Shown here one piece after another: positions 1 to 9,990 of a stretch of 64,000 nucleotides of DNA. Position 1 is the first letter of the stretch, and each line of letters begins with the position of its first letter. A program made the translations under genes and the position numbers. This DNA is from a candidate division FCPU426 bacterium (lineage in GTDB: Bacteria > Oederibacteriota > Muellerivitia > Muellerivitales > Muellerivitaceae), in NCBI GenBank assembly GCA_963738405.1, contig CAVTWJ010000021.1, positions 32,001 to 96,000 of the forward strand. The letters are read 5' to 3'. The notes below the pieces were generated by a model. It was not told the DNA's origin. It was given only the letters and a program-made list of their open reading frames with translations, and searched no databases.

Positions 1-317
1 TTCCCGTCAAAGCGCTTGAAGAGTTCCTGAAATTTCCGTCCCTCTTCCTGCAAAATTTTAACCAGGTCCACCAGCTGAAGAATCTTGGGTAAAAAGTTTT
101 CCCGGTCCAGTTCCAAGGTCGAGGCCAGCTGGTGGATGTATTGGATGTAATCGTAGGTGGTTTGGGCGCAAGCCCGCAGGGCCACCGAAATTTCCCCGGA
201 CATCTCCTCGGGGACCTTGCCCTTCTTGAGTTGGGCAAGGACCCTTTGGGTAAAATCATCCCCCGGTTCCCAGGCCTTCAGGTTGTCCATCAATTGTTGG
301 GGAGTGAGTTCTTCCAT
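1..317 (-). CDS. Hypothetical alpha-helical protein, runs off the window edge (MEELTPQQLMDNLKAWEPGDDF...)
   Basis: Manually translated open frame from ATG at 317 to the edge; ATG overlaps the TAA of the PHP gene (TAATG). Confidence 0.65.
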   Translation of the reverse strand, partial: MEELTPQQLMDNLKAWEPGDDFTQRVLAQLKKGKVPEEMSGEISVALRACAQTTYDYIQYIHQLASTLELDRENFLPKILQLVDLVKILQEEGRKFQELFKRFDG

Positions 318-1183
318 TAAACCCGGTTTTCTCGGCGCCTTTGCGCGATTCTTTCCCGAAGCTTTTCGATATTTTCATAGGGCGGGCGGCCCTGACCCAA
401 TTGAATGCCCGGTTTGTGTTTGCCGTGGAAGTCGCTGCCGCCGGTCGTCAGGAGGCCGAATTCCTTGGCCAAATCCCCAAAGATCTGCCGGTCCTCGGGT
501 TTGTGGTCGGGATGGATCACTTCCAGCCCGTCCAGTCCCATCTCCGCCAACTCGGCCACCTTTTGTTTCAGATCCATTCCCTGTAACTTCATTTGGATAG
601 GGTGGGCCACCACCGCGGCCCCGCCCGACTCGTGGATCATGTCGATGCATTCCTTCGCTTCCCAGGAAGCTTTGGTCACATAGGCGGGAGCGCCCTTGGT
701 GAGATACTTGCGAAAGGCTTGGTCGTAACTTTCTACATAGCCCTTGGCCTCCAGGGCCTTGGCGATATGGGGCCGACCGACCTGACCTTGAGCGTGGGAA
801 AGTTCGGTGACTTCTTCCATGGTCAGGGGCATCCCCAGGGCTTTCAGCTTTTCCAAAATAAGTGGATTTCGTTCGGCTCTGGCCCTTTGAAAAATCTCCA
901 ACCTTTGGGCGATCGGCCCTTTAAAGTCGAATCCATAACCCAAAATATGAAGGGTCCCGGGGGAAAATTTGGCGGACAACTCAACACCGGGCATAACTTC
1001 CAGGCCTTCCCGTTCGGCCTCCCGAATCAGGTCCTCGAGCCCCGAAACGGTATCGTGGTCGGTCAAGGCCACCGCGTCCACGGCTTGTTCCCGGGCAAGA
1101 AGGGCCAGTTCCTTAGGGGTCAGGGTCCCATCGGAATGGTTGGTGTGCATGTGAAGGTCGGCGACGGTTTTCATTGAGGGCAC
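317..1183 (-). CDS. PHP-domain metal-dependent phosphoesterase (TrpH/YciV-like); likely start ATG 1174
   Basis: DLHMHTNHSDG, ALTDHD, GVELS, GRPHIA, AHP and GGSDFHG motifs. Confidence 0.9.
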   Translation of the reverse strand: MPSMKTVADLHMHTNHSDGTLTPKELALLAREQAVDAVALTDHDTVSGLEDLIREAEREGLEVMPGVELSAKFSPGTLHILGYGFDFKGPIAQRLEIFQRARAERNPLILEKLKALGMPLTMEEVTELSHAQGQVGRPHIAKALEAKGYVESYDQAFRKYLTKGAPAYVTKASWEAKECIDMIHESGGAAVVAHPIQMKLQGMDLKQKVAELAEMGLDGLEVIHPDHKPEDRQIFGDLAKEFGLLTTGGSDFHGKHKPGIQLGQGRPPYENIEKLRERIAQRRRENRV

Positions 1184-1211
1184 ATTATAAGGGGGTCTTT
1201 CGAAATAAAAA

Positions 1212-3494
1212 TCAGGTTCTATGGCGGAAAAGTCCAGGCAGAGCGAACCCGCAAAGCATTAGATAGAGGGCTAAACCAATAAAGGAAATCCATTTTCCGG
1301 CCTCAAAGGCCGCGGGGCGGTATTCCAAAAGAAACTGCTGGCTTCCCGCCTGAAGGGGAATCCCCCTTAAAAAACCGTCCGCGGGAAGAACTTTAAAAGT
1401 TTGTTGGGAGGAACTTGCCAGGGCGGTAGCCCTCCAGCTCCGGCTGTAATTATCGGTAATGACCAGAACCGCGGGTTTATTCAGGGTCGCGGTAATTTCC
1501 ATTTCATCGCTTGTCAGGTCCCTCACTTGAACCTGGGATTGCAGTGGACCAGGCTGGGTGCTGATTCCAGGTTCCGTCTCTAAATAAACATTCTTGCCCC
1601 AATCAAACCCCGGTTTGGCCGAATTCTGAATGGCCTGGTCCATCGGTTCCAGGGTCCAGTGATCGGCAAAAAAAGCCCGGGGAGCCACCTTCCAGGGGGT
1701 CTTATCCGCCGTCAATCCATCCCCCTTAACACCCAAGGTATAACGCAGGCGCAAAAGGCCTAATGCGGAGGTGAAATGGTTGAAATTGCTTTTCATCATG
1801 AAGGCAGTGTCCGCGTCGCATTGCTCCACCGCCGCGGCGAATTTGGCGTAGCGGTTGGGAACAACCGGGTCGTCGCCCCAAATGTCGAAACCCTGGGTGC
1901 CCAGGGTGTAATTGTTGGAATCCGCCAGCACCCGGTAGCGTCCCGAATCGCCCAGTACCCGGTAATCTCCCGGGTCGCTTTGGTAGAGTTTCTCCACGAC
2001 GTCGGCCTTAGCCTGGATAGCTTGGTAATCAAAATAAGGCCGGGTGCTCCAGGCAAACAGAAAGGGTTCAAGGCAGGCGAGGGCAACCAGTGCTAACCGA
2101 AATTGGGGGCGATTGGGAATCATCCGGCAGAGAAGATAAAGCGTTCCCAGCACCAAGCTTCCTCTCAAGAGGCTTAAGGCCATCCCTTCGGCGTGGGAAG
2201 CGAATTTCGCGAACAGCGCGCCGTTATTAAAAAAGGAAGCACCGACAAAAATAAGCGTTAGGGCGCCCATGACCGACAACCCTATTCCTAATGGTTTGAT
2301 CCACCGGGACGCTTGGGCCGGGTCCTTCAAGACCTGGTCCAGCCCCATCGCCGCCAGGGCGATCAGGCAAAGGCTGATGAGGATATCCACCTTGCCCACT
2401 CCCCGAAAGGACGCGAAGAGCGGGAACCAGTGGTAGAAGGCCACGAACAAGGGGGTCCGCTTCCCCACCGCCAATAGGGTGAGGAAAAGCGCTGTGAAGG
2501 AGAAGAACTTTTTTTGCGGCTGGCTGGGAGAATTTAAACCGAAGAGGGCTAAAACAAAACCCGTGAGCCCAAGGATGACCACCCCTTCCCAATAAAAGCC
2601 CCCGCCCCAATAGTCGCCCCAATGGCCGAAGAAATTGGGCCAGACCAGGCACCAAAGCCTCTCCGGGGTCATGTCCGCGATGTCCACGATATCTATCGGC
2701 AGTTTGTGGTTGCGCAAACTTTCGCCCGCCGCGTCCCAGCCCGCCAAGACCTGCACCGCGCCGATCAAACCCCCTCCCAGGCCCATCAAAACAAATCCGT
2801 ATAGGAAGGACATCTTCTTTTGAGCGGGCAGGGTGCAAACCGCGTAGACCCCGGTAAAGATCGCGGTGTAGTAGAGGTACTGGACGTGCCCCGCGAAGAC
2901 TTGCATGGCAAAACCCGCTATCCCCAATAAGACCCAATGGAATTTTTGCTCCAGCCGGTAGCCGTCGATCGCCAGAAGGATAAAGGGAATCCAAACCATC
3001 TCGCAAAGATTAGGGAGATGCCCGGGCACGATGCGGATGAAATAGGCCCCCCCAAACATGAAGAGGAACCCCGCCGTCAGGGCGCTTAACGAATGGGAAC
3101 CCCTTTTGAGAATCCAGAAATAGGTGAAGACCCCCCCGAGGAAAACATGCAGGGCGATTCCGAAATTGACCGCGAAGGGCAGGGGCAAAACTAGGTAAAG
3201 CCAGTTGGGGGGATAGAGCAGGGCCGATTGAAAATCGCCGAAAAAGGGCGCCCCGCAGAAAAGCCGGGGGTTCCAAAGGGCCAAATGCCCCTTGGCCAGC
3301 TCTCCAAAACCGAACTTCCTCCACCAGAGGGACTGGTTGGCCAGGTCATCGGCGGCCTTGGAAAGGATCTTGTACCCCCAGGGGTTCAAGAAGGGAGCGA
3401 ACAGAATCAGGGTGGCGGCCAAAAGAATGCCCAAGGCCCAACAGGCAGGAAGGTGGAGGCTCTCAGGGTTAACTCGGACGGATTTTCGGGTCAT
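1212..3494 (-). CDS. YfhO-like multi-pass membrane protein, putative GT-C glycosyltransferase (start moved to ATG 3494)
   Basis: LWNPxLFCGAPF..QSALLYPPNW, AGHVQY and C-terminal LVITDNYSRSW..L.Y.P motifs; many TM helices; ATGA overlap with upstream paralog. Confidence 0.8.
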   Translation of the reverse strand: MTRKSVRVNPESLHLPACWALGILLAATLILFAPFLNPWGYKILSKAADDLANQSLWWRKFGFGELAKGHLALWNPRLFCGAPFFGDFQSALLYPPNWLYLVLPLPFAVNFGIALHVFLGGVFTYFWILKRGSHSLSALTAGFLFMFGGAYFIRIVPGHLPNLCEMVWIPFILLAIDGYRLEQKFHWVLLGIAGFAMQVFAGHVQYLYYTAIFTGVYAVCTLPAQKKMSFLYGFVLMGLGGGLIGAVQVLAGWDAAGESLRNHKLPIDIVDIADMTPERLWCLVWPNFFGHWGDYWGGGFYWEGVVILGLTGFVLALFGLNSPSQPQKKFFSFTALFLTLLAVGKRTPLFVAFYHWFPLFASFRGVGKVDILISLCLIALAAMGLDQVLKDPAQASRWIKPLGIGLSVMGALTLIFVGASFFNNGALFAKFASHAEGMALSLLRGSLVLGTLYLLCRMIPNRPQFRLALVALACLEPFLFAWSTRPYFDYQAIQAKADVVEKLYQSDPGDYRVLGDSGRYRVLADSNNYTLGTQGFDIWGDDPVVPNRYAKFAAAVEQCDADTAFMMKSNFNHFTSALGLLRLRYTLGVKGDGLTADKTPWKVAPRAFFADHWTLEPMDQAIQNSAKPGFDWGKNVYLETEPGISTQPGPLQSQVQVRDLTSDEMEITATLNKPAVLVITDNYSRSWRATALASSSQQTFKVLPADGFLRGIPLQAGSQQFLLEYRPAAFEAGKWISFIGLALYLMLCGFALPGLFRHRT

Positions 3495-5707
3495 ATCAAT
3501 TTCTTTCGGACGTTCCATATCAACAGCGGAATAAAGAGGAACCAGGAGGCTAAGGAAATCCACTTGCCCGCCTCAAAGCCCTCCGGCCGGTACTCTAACA
3601 GAAAATGCTGGTTGCCAGGCTCAAGGGGAACGGCCCTTAAAAAACCGTCGGCGGGCAATACCTGAAATGATTTTTGCTGAGAATCAGAAATAGGAGCCGC
3701 CCTCCAGCCTCGGCTGTAATTATCCGTGATGACCAAAACCGTGCTCGCCGGGCAGTGGGCTGTGACTTCCATGGCATCCGTAGAGAGGTCTTTCACTTCA
3801 ACCGAACCCCCTTTAACCTTTCCCGCTTGGGGAATGCCAGGGTCCGATTCCAAATAAACCAGGCCCTTGGGATTGAAATGTTTATCCGTCACTTTCGATA
3901 TCACCGAATCGGGGCTCACCACTTCATAGCGTCCCGCCAGGAAGGCCCTGGGCATTTCGAGGGTCGAAGCCTTGTGCTTTTGGTAATGGTCCCCCTCGTC
4001 CCGGAACACATAGCGCAGCCGGACCAACCCCCGAATAAGCGCCTGGGTTCCATCTTCTTTCGGCGACTCCACATAGTTCGTGTACCGAGCGGTCACGGCC
4101 GGATCATCCCCCCAAATATCCAGGGCCCCGGCGCCCAGTGAATAATCTTTCTTCGTGGCGAAAACACGGTAATCACCCTTCTCGGTCGCGTAACAATCCC
4201 GAAGGACCTGGGTCTTTTGGGCCTGGACCGTGAAATCGAAAGAAGGAAGGTTGTTGTGCGCGAAAAAGAAAAGCTCCGACAGGGCGAGGAGCAGGAAACC
4301 GTAACGGAAAAGGGGCCTACGTCTGGCGGCCCAAGCGGTCCAAGACAGGGCGCCCAGCGTCAGTCCGGCGATGGAACATTTGAGGGCGATATCGCCCGAG
4401 TGGTTTCCATAATGGTGAAAGAAGGCGGAATCCGGCGGGATCAGCCCGATCACCAGACCCAGACCTAAGAAAGAAACACAGGCTCCCAGTAATAACTTAT
4501 GGAATTTTTCCATCGAGGGCGGATGGTTCATCACCTCGTCCAACCCCATGACCGCCAGGGCAGCCAGGCATAGGGATATCAATATGTTGAATTTGCCGAT
4601 GCCCCTGAAATGGGAAAAAAGCGGAACGAACCGGAAGAAGAAAGGAAGAAGCGGCCCCCTTTTCCCAATGGCCAGGAGGATTAGGATCAGCCCCAAAAAT
4701 CCGAAGGTGCGCTTTTGGGGATGTTCAGACCGGAACAGCGCGAACAGGGCAGCCGAAAATACGGTCAAACCGGTGGCCAGACCCCCTTCCCAGAAAAGTC
4801 CCCCGCCCCAGTAGCTGTTCCAATCGCCGTACAGGTTCGGCATGAAAAGGCACCACAGCCTTTCGGGCGTCAGGTCGGCGGCATTGACGTAATCCATCGT
4901 CATGGTCCCGCCCCGGGCGCTTTCGAAGGCCGCGTCCCACCCGGCGAAAAGCTGAACGGCCGAAAGCAATAAGGCCCCGCTGAACATCAACCCCAATCCG
5001 CACAGGTAGGAGGTCTTTCTCTTAACCCCCGACAAGTCCATCAAGATATAGAGGGAAAGCGCCAGCAGGGTGTAATAGACGTATTGGATGTGGCCGGAAA
5101 ATACTTGGAGCGCCAGCGCCGCCATGCCGATACCTAAGGAAAAGACGTCCCTTTTGTCCCGGTAGCGGTCCACCGCCATAAAAATAAGGGGGATCCAAAC
5201 CATCGCGCAAAGGTTCGAGAGGTGCCCCGGAACCAGGTGGAGAAAATAGGCTCCGCCCCACATGAAAGAGAATGAAACCACAAGGGCTGATTCCCACCGG
5301 GCGCCCCGGTTCCCCGCCCAGAGGTAGGTGAACCATCCCGCCATAAACACATGCAGAACGATGGAAAGGTTGACCGCGAAGGGCAGGGGCAGAACCATGA
5401 AAAGCCAATTCGGGGGATATAGCAGGGCCGATTGGAACCCGCCGAAGAAGGGTTCCCCGCAGTAGAGGTAGGGGTTCCAAAGGGCTAGATGGCCCTTTTT
5501 GAGTTCGTCAAAACCAAACTGGCGCCACCAAAGGAATTGGCCGGAGAGGTCCTGTCCGTCGCTGGAAATGACCCAATGGGTCGAGGGGGAAAGAAACCAC
5601 CAAAAGAGGACCAGGTTGGCGATGGCTAAAAAGGCAGTCGCCAGCCAAAAGACCTGGCGGTTAGAGAGAAGGGTTTTAACTTGGGGAAAGGGGTCTGTGG
5701 GAGTCAC
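3491..5707 (-). CDS. YfhO-like multi-pass membrane protein, putative GT-C glycosyltransferase (paralog of 1212..3494)
   Basis: Same motif set (LWNPYLYCGEPF, SGHIQY, TDNYSRGW); GTGA overlap with the cysC stop. Confidence 0.8.
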   Translation of the reverse strand: MTPTDPFPQVKTLLSNRQVFWLATAFLAIANLVLFWWFLSPSTHWVISSDGQDLSGQFLWWRQFGFDELKKGHLALWNPYLYCGEPFFGGFQSALLYPPNWLFMVLPLPFAVNLSIVLHVFMAGWFTYLWAGNRGARWESALVVSFSFMWGGAYFLHLVPGHLSNLCAMVWIPLIFMAVDRYRDKRDVFSLGIGMAALALQVFSGHIQYVYYTLLALSLYILMDLSGVKRKTSYLCGLGLMFSGALLLSAVQLFAGWDAAFESARGGTMTMDYVNAADLTPERLWCLFMPNLYGDWNSYWGGGLFWEGGLATGLTVFSAALFALFRSEHPQKRTFGFLGLILILLAIGKRGPLLPFFFRFVPLFSHFRGIGKFNILISLCLAALAVMGLDEVMNHPPSMEKFHKLLLGACVSFLGLGLVIGLIPPDSAFFHHYGNHSGDIALKCSIAGLTLGALSWTAWAARRRPLFRYGFLLLALSELFFFAHNNLPSFDFTVQAQKTQVLRDCYATEKGDYRVFATKKDYSLGAGALDIWGDDPAVTARYTNYVESPKEDGTQALIRGLVRLRYVFRDEGDHYQKHKASTLEMPRAFLAGRYEVVSPDSVISKVTDKHFNPKGLVYLESDPGIPQAGKVKGGSVEVKDLSTDAMEVTAHCPASTVLVITDNYSRGWRAAPISDSQQKSFQVLPADGFLRAVPLEPGNQHFLLEYRPEGFEAGKWISLASWFLFIPLLIWNVRKKLI

Positions 5708-6243
5708 TTAGAGGCAAGATAGCCCAGTTCTTCCAATTTCTTAATCACTTTTTCGACGCTTTGTTCCACCGTTTCCTTGTCCGTATGGCACACCACCTCG
5801 GGGTTCAAGGGGGCCTCATAGGGGTCGTCCACCCCTGTGAAATGCTTGATTTCGCCCTTCATGGCCTTTTGATAGAGGCCCTTCAGGTCCCTTTGGGCGC
5901 AGACTTCCAGGGGGCAGTCGGCAAAGACCTCGACGAATTTCTGGATCTTGGCGCGGTTGTGGTCCCTCGCCTCCCGATAGGGTGAAATGACGGAGGCGAT
6001 GGCGTTCACCCCGTGCCGGTTCAAAAGCTGGCAAACAAAACCCACCCTTTTCACGTTCTCATCGCGGTCTTCCCTGGAAAAGCCCAACCCCTTGGAAAGA
6101 TGGGTACGGACAATATCCCCATCCAGCGTCTCGTGGGGAATTTTCAGTTCTTCCATCTTGAGGGCCACCCGCTCGGAGATGGTGGATTTGCCCGAACCGG
6201 AGAGTCCCGTGAACCATAGGGTGAAGCCTTTAGACTCTTGCAT
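5704..6243 (-). CDS. cysC: Adenylyl-sulfate (APS) kinase
   Basis: TLWFTGLSGSGKST, LDGDIVR, DLKGLY and FTGVDDPYEAP motifs. Confidence 0.95.
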   Translation of the reverse strand: MQESKGFTLWFTGLSGSGKSTISERVALKMEELKIPHETLDGDIVRTHLSKGLGFSREDRDENVKRVGFVCQLLNRHGVNAIASVISPYREARDHNRAKIQKFVEVFADCPLEVCAQRDLKGLYQKAMKGEIKHFTGVDDPYEAPLNPEVVCHTDKETVEQSVEKVIKKLEELGYLASK

Positions 6244-6339
6244 GAAAAGAAAACCGCCTTTGATGGAATATGCCCCAAACTAACACGCCCTCCGAATGAA
6301 CTCAAGCAAGCCCATGTCCTGAAGTATTTCTCACAGGGC

Positions 6340-6486
6340 GTCATTGCGAGGAAATAGCCGCCGAATAGGCGGCAGTTTATGACGTGGCAATCTCAGTTTA
6401 AATATGCCTTAAATGACTAACGCGAACGGCAAACTGGGATCGCCACGCCGCTAACCGCCCCCATTGGGGCAGCTCCTCGCGATGAC
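6340..6486. repeat. Nested palindromic intergenic element (REP/RPE/MITE-like)
   Basis: Outer IR GTCATTGCGAGGA/TCCTCGCGATGAC; inner IR CGTGGCAATCTCAGTTT/AAACTGGGATCGCCACG; two small GC hairpins. Confidence 0.7.
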
Positions 6487-6612
6487 AGCATGAACCGAAG
6501 AAATAATACTCAAACTAATACACTACCCAATCGGTAGATGAAAATCTTCAAACCATTGATTAAACTACACGAGCGTTTTTCAACTAAGACCTATTTCCCT
6601 TGAGGAGGCATC

Positions 6613-7548
6613 ATGTCCACACAACGTCCAAAAATAACGGTGGTAGGCGCGGGTAACGTCGGGGCTTCCTGCGCGGCCTGGATGGCCGAGAGGGACCTGG
6701 GCGACATCGTGCTGTTGGATATCCCCGCCGCCAAGGATATGCCCAAGGGAAAGGCCCTGGACCTCTTACAAGTGGGCCCTATCTCGGGATACAACTCAAG
6801 ACTCAAGGGCACCACGGACTACGCCGACACCGCCGATTCGGATGTCTGCGTCATCACCGCGGGCGTGCCCCGCAAGCCCGGCATGAGCCGGGAAGACCTG
6901 GTGGCGGTCAACCAGGGCATCGTGACGGCCGTGACGAAGGAATTGGTTTCCAAATCCCCCAACGCCATTTTGATCGTTGTCACCAACCCGCTCGATACCA
7001 TGTGCTACGTGGCCTACAAGGCTTCGGGATTTCCCAAGCACCGGGTCATCGGCCAGGCGGGGGTACTGGACGGGGCCCGCATGCGGACCTTTTTGGCCGA
7101 AGCGGCCCAGGTCGCGGTTGAGAACGTCACCGCCGGGGTCATCGGCGGCCATGGAGACGAGATGGTGCCGCTGGTTCGCTATTCCACCATCGCGGGAGTG
7201 CCTATTTCCAACATTCTCAAGAAAGAACAAATTGAAGCGATTGTGGAACGCACCCGCAAGGGCGGGGGCGAGTTGGTGGGGCTGTTGGGCGTTTCAGCCT
7301 GGTATGCGCCCGGCGCTGCGGCCGGCTCCATGGTCGAGGCCATTTTGAAAGACAAGAAATTGGTGGTTCCCTGTTCCGTTTATTTGGAAGGCGAATACGG
7401 TCTGAAAGACATGTACTTCGGCGTTTACAGCAAGCTCGGACGCAAGGGGTTGGAACAGGTGCTCGAAGTTCCCTTGAACGACGAGGAAAAAGCCATGGTG
7501 GCGAAATCCGCTTCCCTCATTCAGGACACCATGAAGGCGCTTAAATAA
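6613..7548 (+). CDS. mdh: Malate dehydrogenase (LDH-like type)
   Basis: [47 protein letters not shown] upstream. Confidence 0.96.
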   Translation: MSTQRPKITVVGAGNVGASCAAWMAERDLGDIVLLDIPAAKDMPKGKALDLLQVGPISGYNSRLKGTTDYADTADSDVCVITAGVPRKPGMSREDLVAVNQGIVTAVTKELVSKSPNAILIVVTNPLDTMCYVAYKASGFPKHRVIGQAGVLDGARMRTFLAEAAQVAVENVTAGVIGGHGDEMVPLVRYSTIAGVPISNILKKEQIEAIVERTRKGGGELVGLLGVSAWYAPGAAAGSMVEAILKDKKLVVPCSVYLEGEYGLKDMYFGVYSKLGRKGLEQVLEVPLNDEEKAMVAKSASLIQDTMKALK

Positions 7549-7556
7549 AAAACAGA

Positions 7557-8894
7557 ATGAATCTTCCTTTGAACCCCAGGAAACGAACTTGGTTCTTCCT
7601 GGGGTTCCTGTTTTTCTTCTTCATCCTTCGTTTCTTTTTCGGCCTCTACTGCCCCCCCGTTACTGACGCCGGGGATTACGTGCAGACCTACGTTATCGGG
7701 CTCAAAAGCTACACCACCCACACTTGGCCCTATTTCGGCCCCGACGTTCAACAGCCCGAAACCCACTTTAAGACCCAAATGCCCGGTGCTTTGGAAGGGC
7801 TTCTGATATCCCTTTCCTTTTGGCTTTGGCCATCGGCTGAATCCCCTACCTTGTTTCTAAATCTTCTTTCTTTTCTAGCCCTCACCCTTTGGGGTTGGTA
7901 TTGCGCCAAGCGTCTGCCGGGCTTTCCACCCCTTTTTATCTTGGCCTGGCTCTATATCGCCCCCTGGACTACCCACTATTCCGCCACCGTTATCAACCCT
8001 TCCTACGCTTTCCTGGGAAGCGCCTTGTTCTTCTTGGGCTTTTGCGAAACCCTGCCTGGGTTTTCACTGGGAGTAATAAAACCCCACTGGGCCAACCTAG
8101 CCATGGGTTTCGGCATCGCCTGGGCCATGCAGCTTCATATGTCTTATCTGGCTTTTTTCCCCTTCTTTTTGCTTTCTCTCTATTTCCAGTTTCAGCGGAA
8201 AAAGTTGGTACAGGCAGTGGGTTACTCGTTTCTCGGAGCCCTTCCCCTTTTAGCCCTGATCCTCCCGACCTATTGGCAGTACGGCTTTAACGCTGGGAAG
8301 GACGTTAATGGTTTTGTCACCGGTTTGAACTGGAATAACGTCAAGGATGTCCTGGGTACTCTGGCCCGGTATTGTTCCATCGCCAGTTTCGAGATGCCCC
8401 GCTTCATCGGAGACCACACCCATGAAAGGGAGATGTATCTATGGACTTCGCCCTGGCTCTTGGTGCCCGGCACCTTTCTTTGGATGTCGGGTTACCTCCA
8501 GCCCCTGGTCATGACCGGCTTCGCATGGGTCAAGAACCATCCCCGAATCGATTGGCCCTGGGTGAAGGGGTTGGGGATCGGGACCTTTCTTTTGGTTTAC
8601 GGCCTCTTTCTTTTCTCACCCGACATGACCGCCTCATTTCGTTTGGTTCTTCTATTCCCCATCTTGTTTCTCTATAGCTTCTATTGCTTCGACGCCTTAA
8701 TGGCAAACCGTTGGTGGAAATGGATTGGAATCGCCTTTATTGTTTTTGGAGTCTTTTTCCAGACCTGCTACGCCCTCAAGTGTATGGGCGGAGACACCTC
8801 CATTTACTCTCAATACCGGGACCGAATGACCCAAGCCCTGCGGCAAAATGACTACCGCATTTTTTCGGAAAGGCGAACCGGAAGCCTTTATTAA
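7557..8894 (+). CDS. Multi-pass membrane protein, possible ArnT/PMT-like GT-C glycosyltransferase
   Basis: About 10 hydrophobic segments; acidic first loop (TDAGD) followed by PYFGP..MPG; QLH motif. Confidence 0.55.
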   Translation: MNLPLNPRKRTWFFLGFLFFFFILRFFFGLYCPPVTDAGDYVQTYVIGLKSYTTHTWPYFGPDVQQPETHFKTQMPGALEGLLISLSFWLWPSAESPTLFLNLLSFLALTLWGWYCAKRLPGFPPLFILAWLYIAPWTTHYSATVINPSYAFLGSALFFLGFCETLPGFSLGVIKPHWANLAMGFGIAWAMQLHMSYLAFFPFFLLSLYFQFQRKKLVQAVGYSFLGALPLLALILPTYWQYGFNAGKDVNGFVTGLNWNNVKDVLGTLARYCSIASFEMPRFIGDHTHEREMYLWTSPWLLVPGTFLWMSGYLQPLVMTGFAWVKNHPRIDWPWVKGLGIGTFLLVYGLFLFSPDMTASFRLVLLFPILFLYSFYCFDALMANRWWKWIGIAFIVFGVFFQTCYALKCMGGDTSIYSQYRDRMTQALRQNDYRIFSERRTGSLY

Positions 8895-9034
8895 TTTCCA
8901 AACATCAACCTAACACCCCGTGAAACCCGCGGTTCTTCCTTTTCCCAAGCCCTCCCTTTCCACCCCCAGTTAACCCACTCACGACCCTTGTCATATACAA
9001 TGAATCCGCCGGTTTAAAAAACGGGGAGGCTGAT

Positions 9035-9466
9035 ATGCCACAAATCAATTTTTGGGCGGTGCTGGTTTCGGCGGTTGTCTATTTCGTGATCGGGTGGGTT
9101 TGGCACTCGCCCCTGATGTTTGGTAAGGTCTGGGAAAAGTGGTTGGGCTTCGACAAGTTGAGCAAGAAAGAAAAAAAAGCCATGATGAAGAAGATGGGCC
9201 CGGTGATGGGCGTGGCCTTTCTGACCACTTTACTGGCCGCCTACTGCCTGGCCTATACGGTGATGTCGGGCATGAGTTTTTACCACGTCGCCGGTGTGTC
9301 GGCGGGACTGCAGGCCGGTTTTTGGACCTGGCTTGGATTTATTGTGACCACCCAGTTGAACGGCGTTCTTTGGGAAAAAAAGCCCTTCAAGATTTACCTC
9401 ATCAATATCAGCTACTACCTGGTTTCATTTTTGGTGATGGGTTCGATCCTGGCGGTTTGGCAGTAA
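9035..9466 (+). CDS. DUF1761-like small membrane protein
   Basis: INFWAVLV..F.IG..W.SP..FG..W pattern, 4 TMs, SD GGGGAGG. Confidence 0.75.
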   Translation: MPQINFWAVLVSAVVYFVIGWVWHSPLMFGKVWEKWLGFDKLSKKEKKAMMKKMGPVMGVAFLTTLLAAYCLAYTVMSGMSFYHVAGVSAGLQAGFWTWLGFIVTTQLNGVLWEKKPFKIYLINISYYLVSFLVMGSILAVWQ

Positions 9467-9488
9467 AAGGCGGCTGACCGCCGGGGGG

Positions 9489-9932
9489 TCAATGGTTTTT
9501 CTTGGCCAGGGCGATGAGATATTTCTCGATCTTGTGAAGATCTTCCTGATTGATGGCAATCGTCTGCACCCCCGCGCGGTGGATGGTGCGGCCCATTTCG
9601 ATAAAGGATTCGGAACGGACGATCTTCGCCAGAAACTTGAGGACCGATTGATAGCGGGGCAGGTGCAAACCGATCTCAACCACCGCCCCGATGGGGAAAT
9701 CTTGTTCCCCCAAAAGCGCCAGCCCTCCCATGGAAATATCCTTGGTAACCGCGTGGTATAGCGAGGACTTGTGGGATAGGGCGGGAAGGTGGTCCACAGT
9801 GGTGGTTTTGTAGTCCACGTGTTCCAAAATGCTTTTGGAATCTTTAGGGTCCACCAATCGGTAATCGACCTTGACCGTCGCCACGATACGCTCATGCTGG
9901 CGTTTCTCGACCCATCCCCTTTTGGTAGGCAT
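9489..9932 (-). CDS. Stand-alone PilZ-domain c-di-GMP receptor
   Basis: RQHER (RxxxR) and DISMGG (DxSxxG) motifs. Confidence 0.85.
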   Translation of the reverse strand: MPTKRGWVEKRQHERIVATVKVDYRLVDPKDSKSILEHVDYKTTTVDHLPALSHKSSLYHAVTKDISMGGLALLGEQDFPIGAVVEIGLHLPRYQSVLKFLAKIVRSESFIEMGRTIHRAGVQTIAINQEDLHKIEKYLIALAKKNH

Positions 9933-9990
9933 AAGATTCCTTTGTCGGATCTGATTGTCCGGGAATTATAGCCTGACCCGATACCCGAAT

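Noticed and set aside
6340..6486. Riboswitch or tRNA
   Set aside because: No tRNA T-loop/CCA or recognisable aptamer motif; the symmetry fits a palindromic repeat
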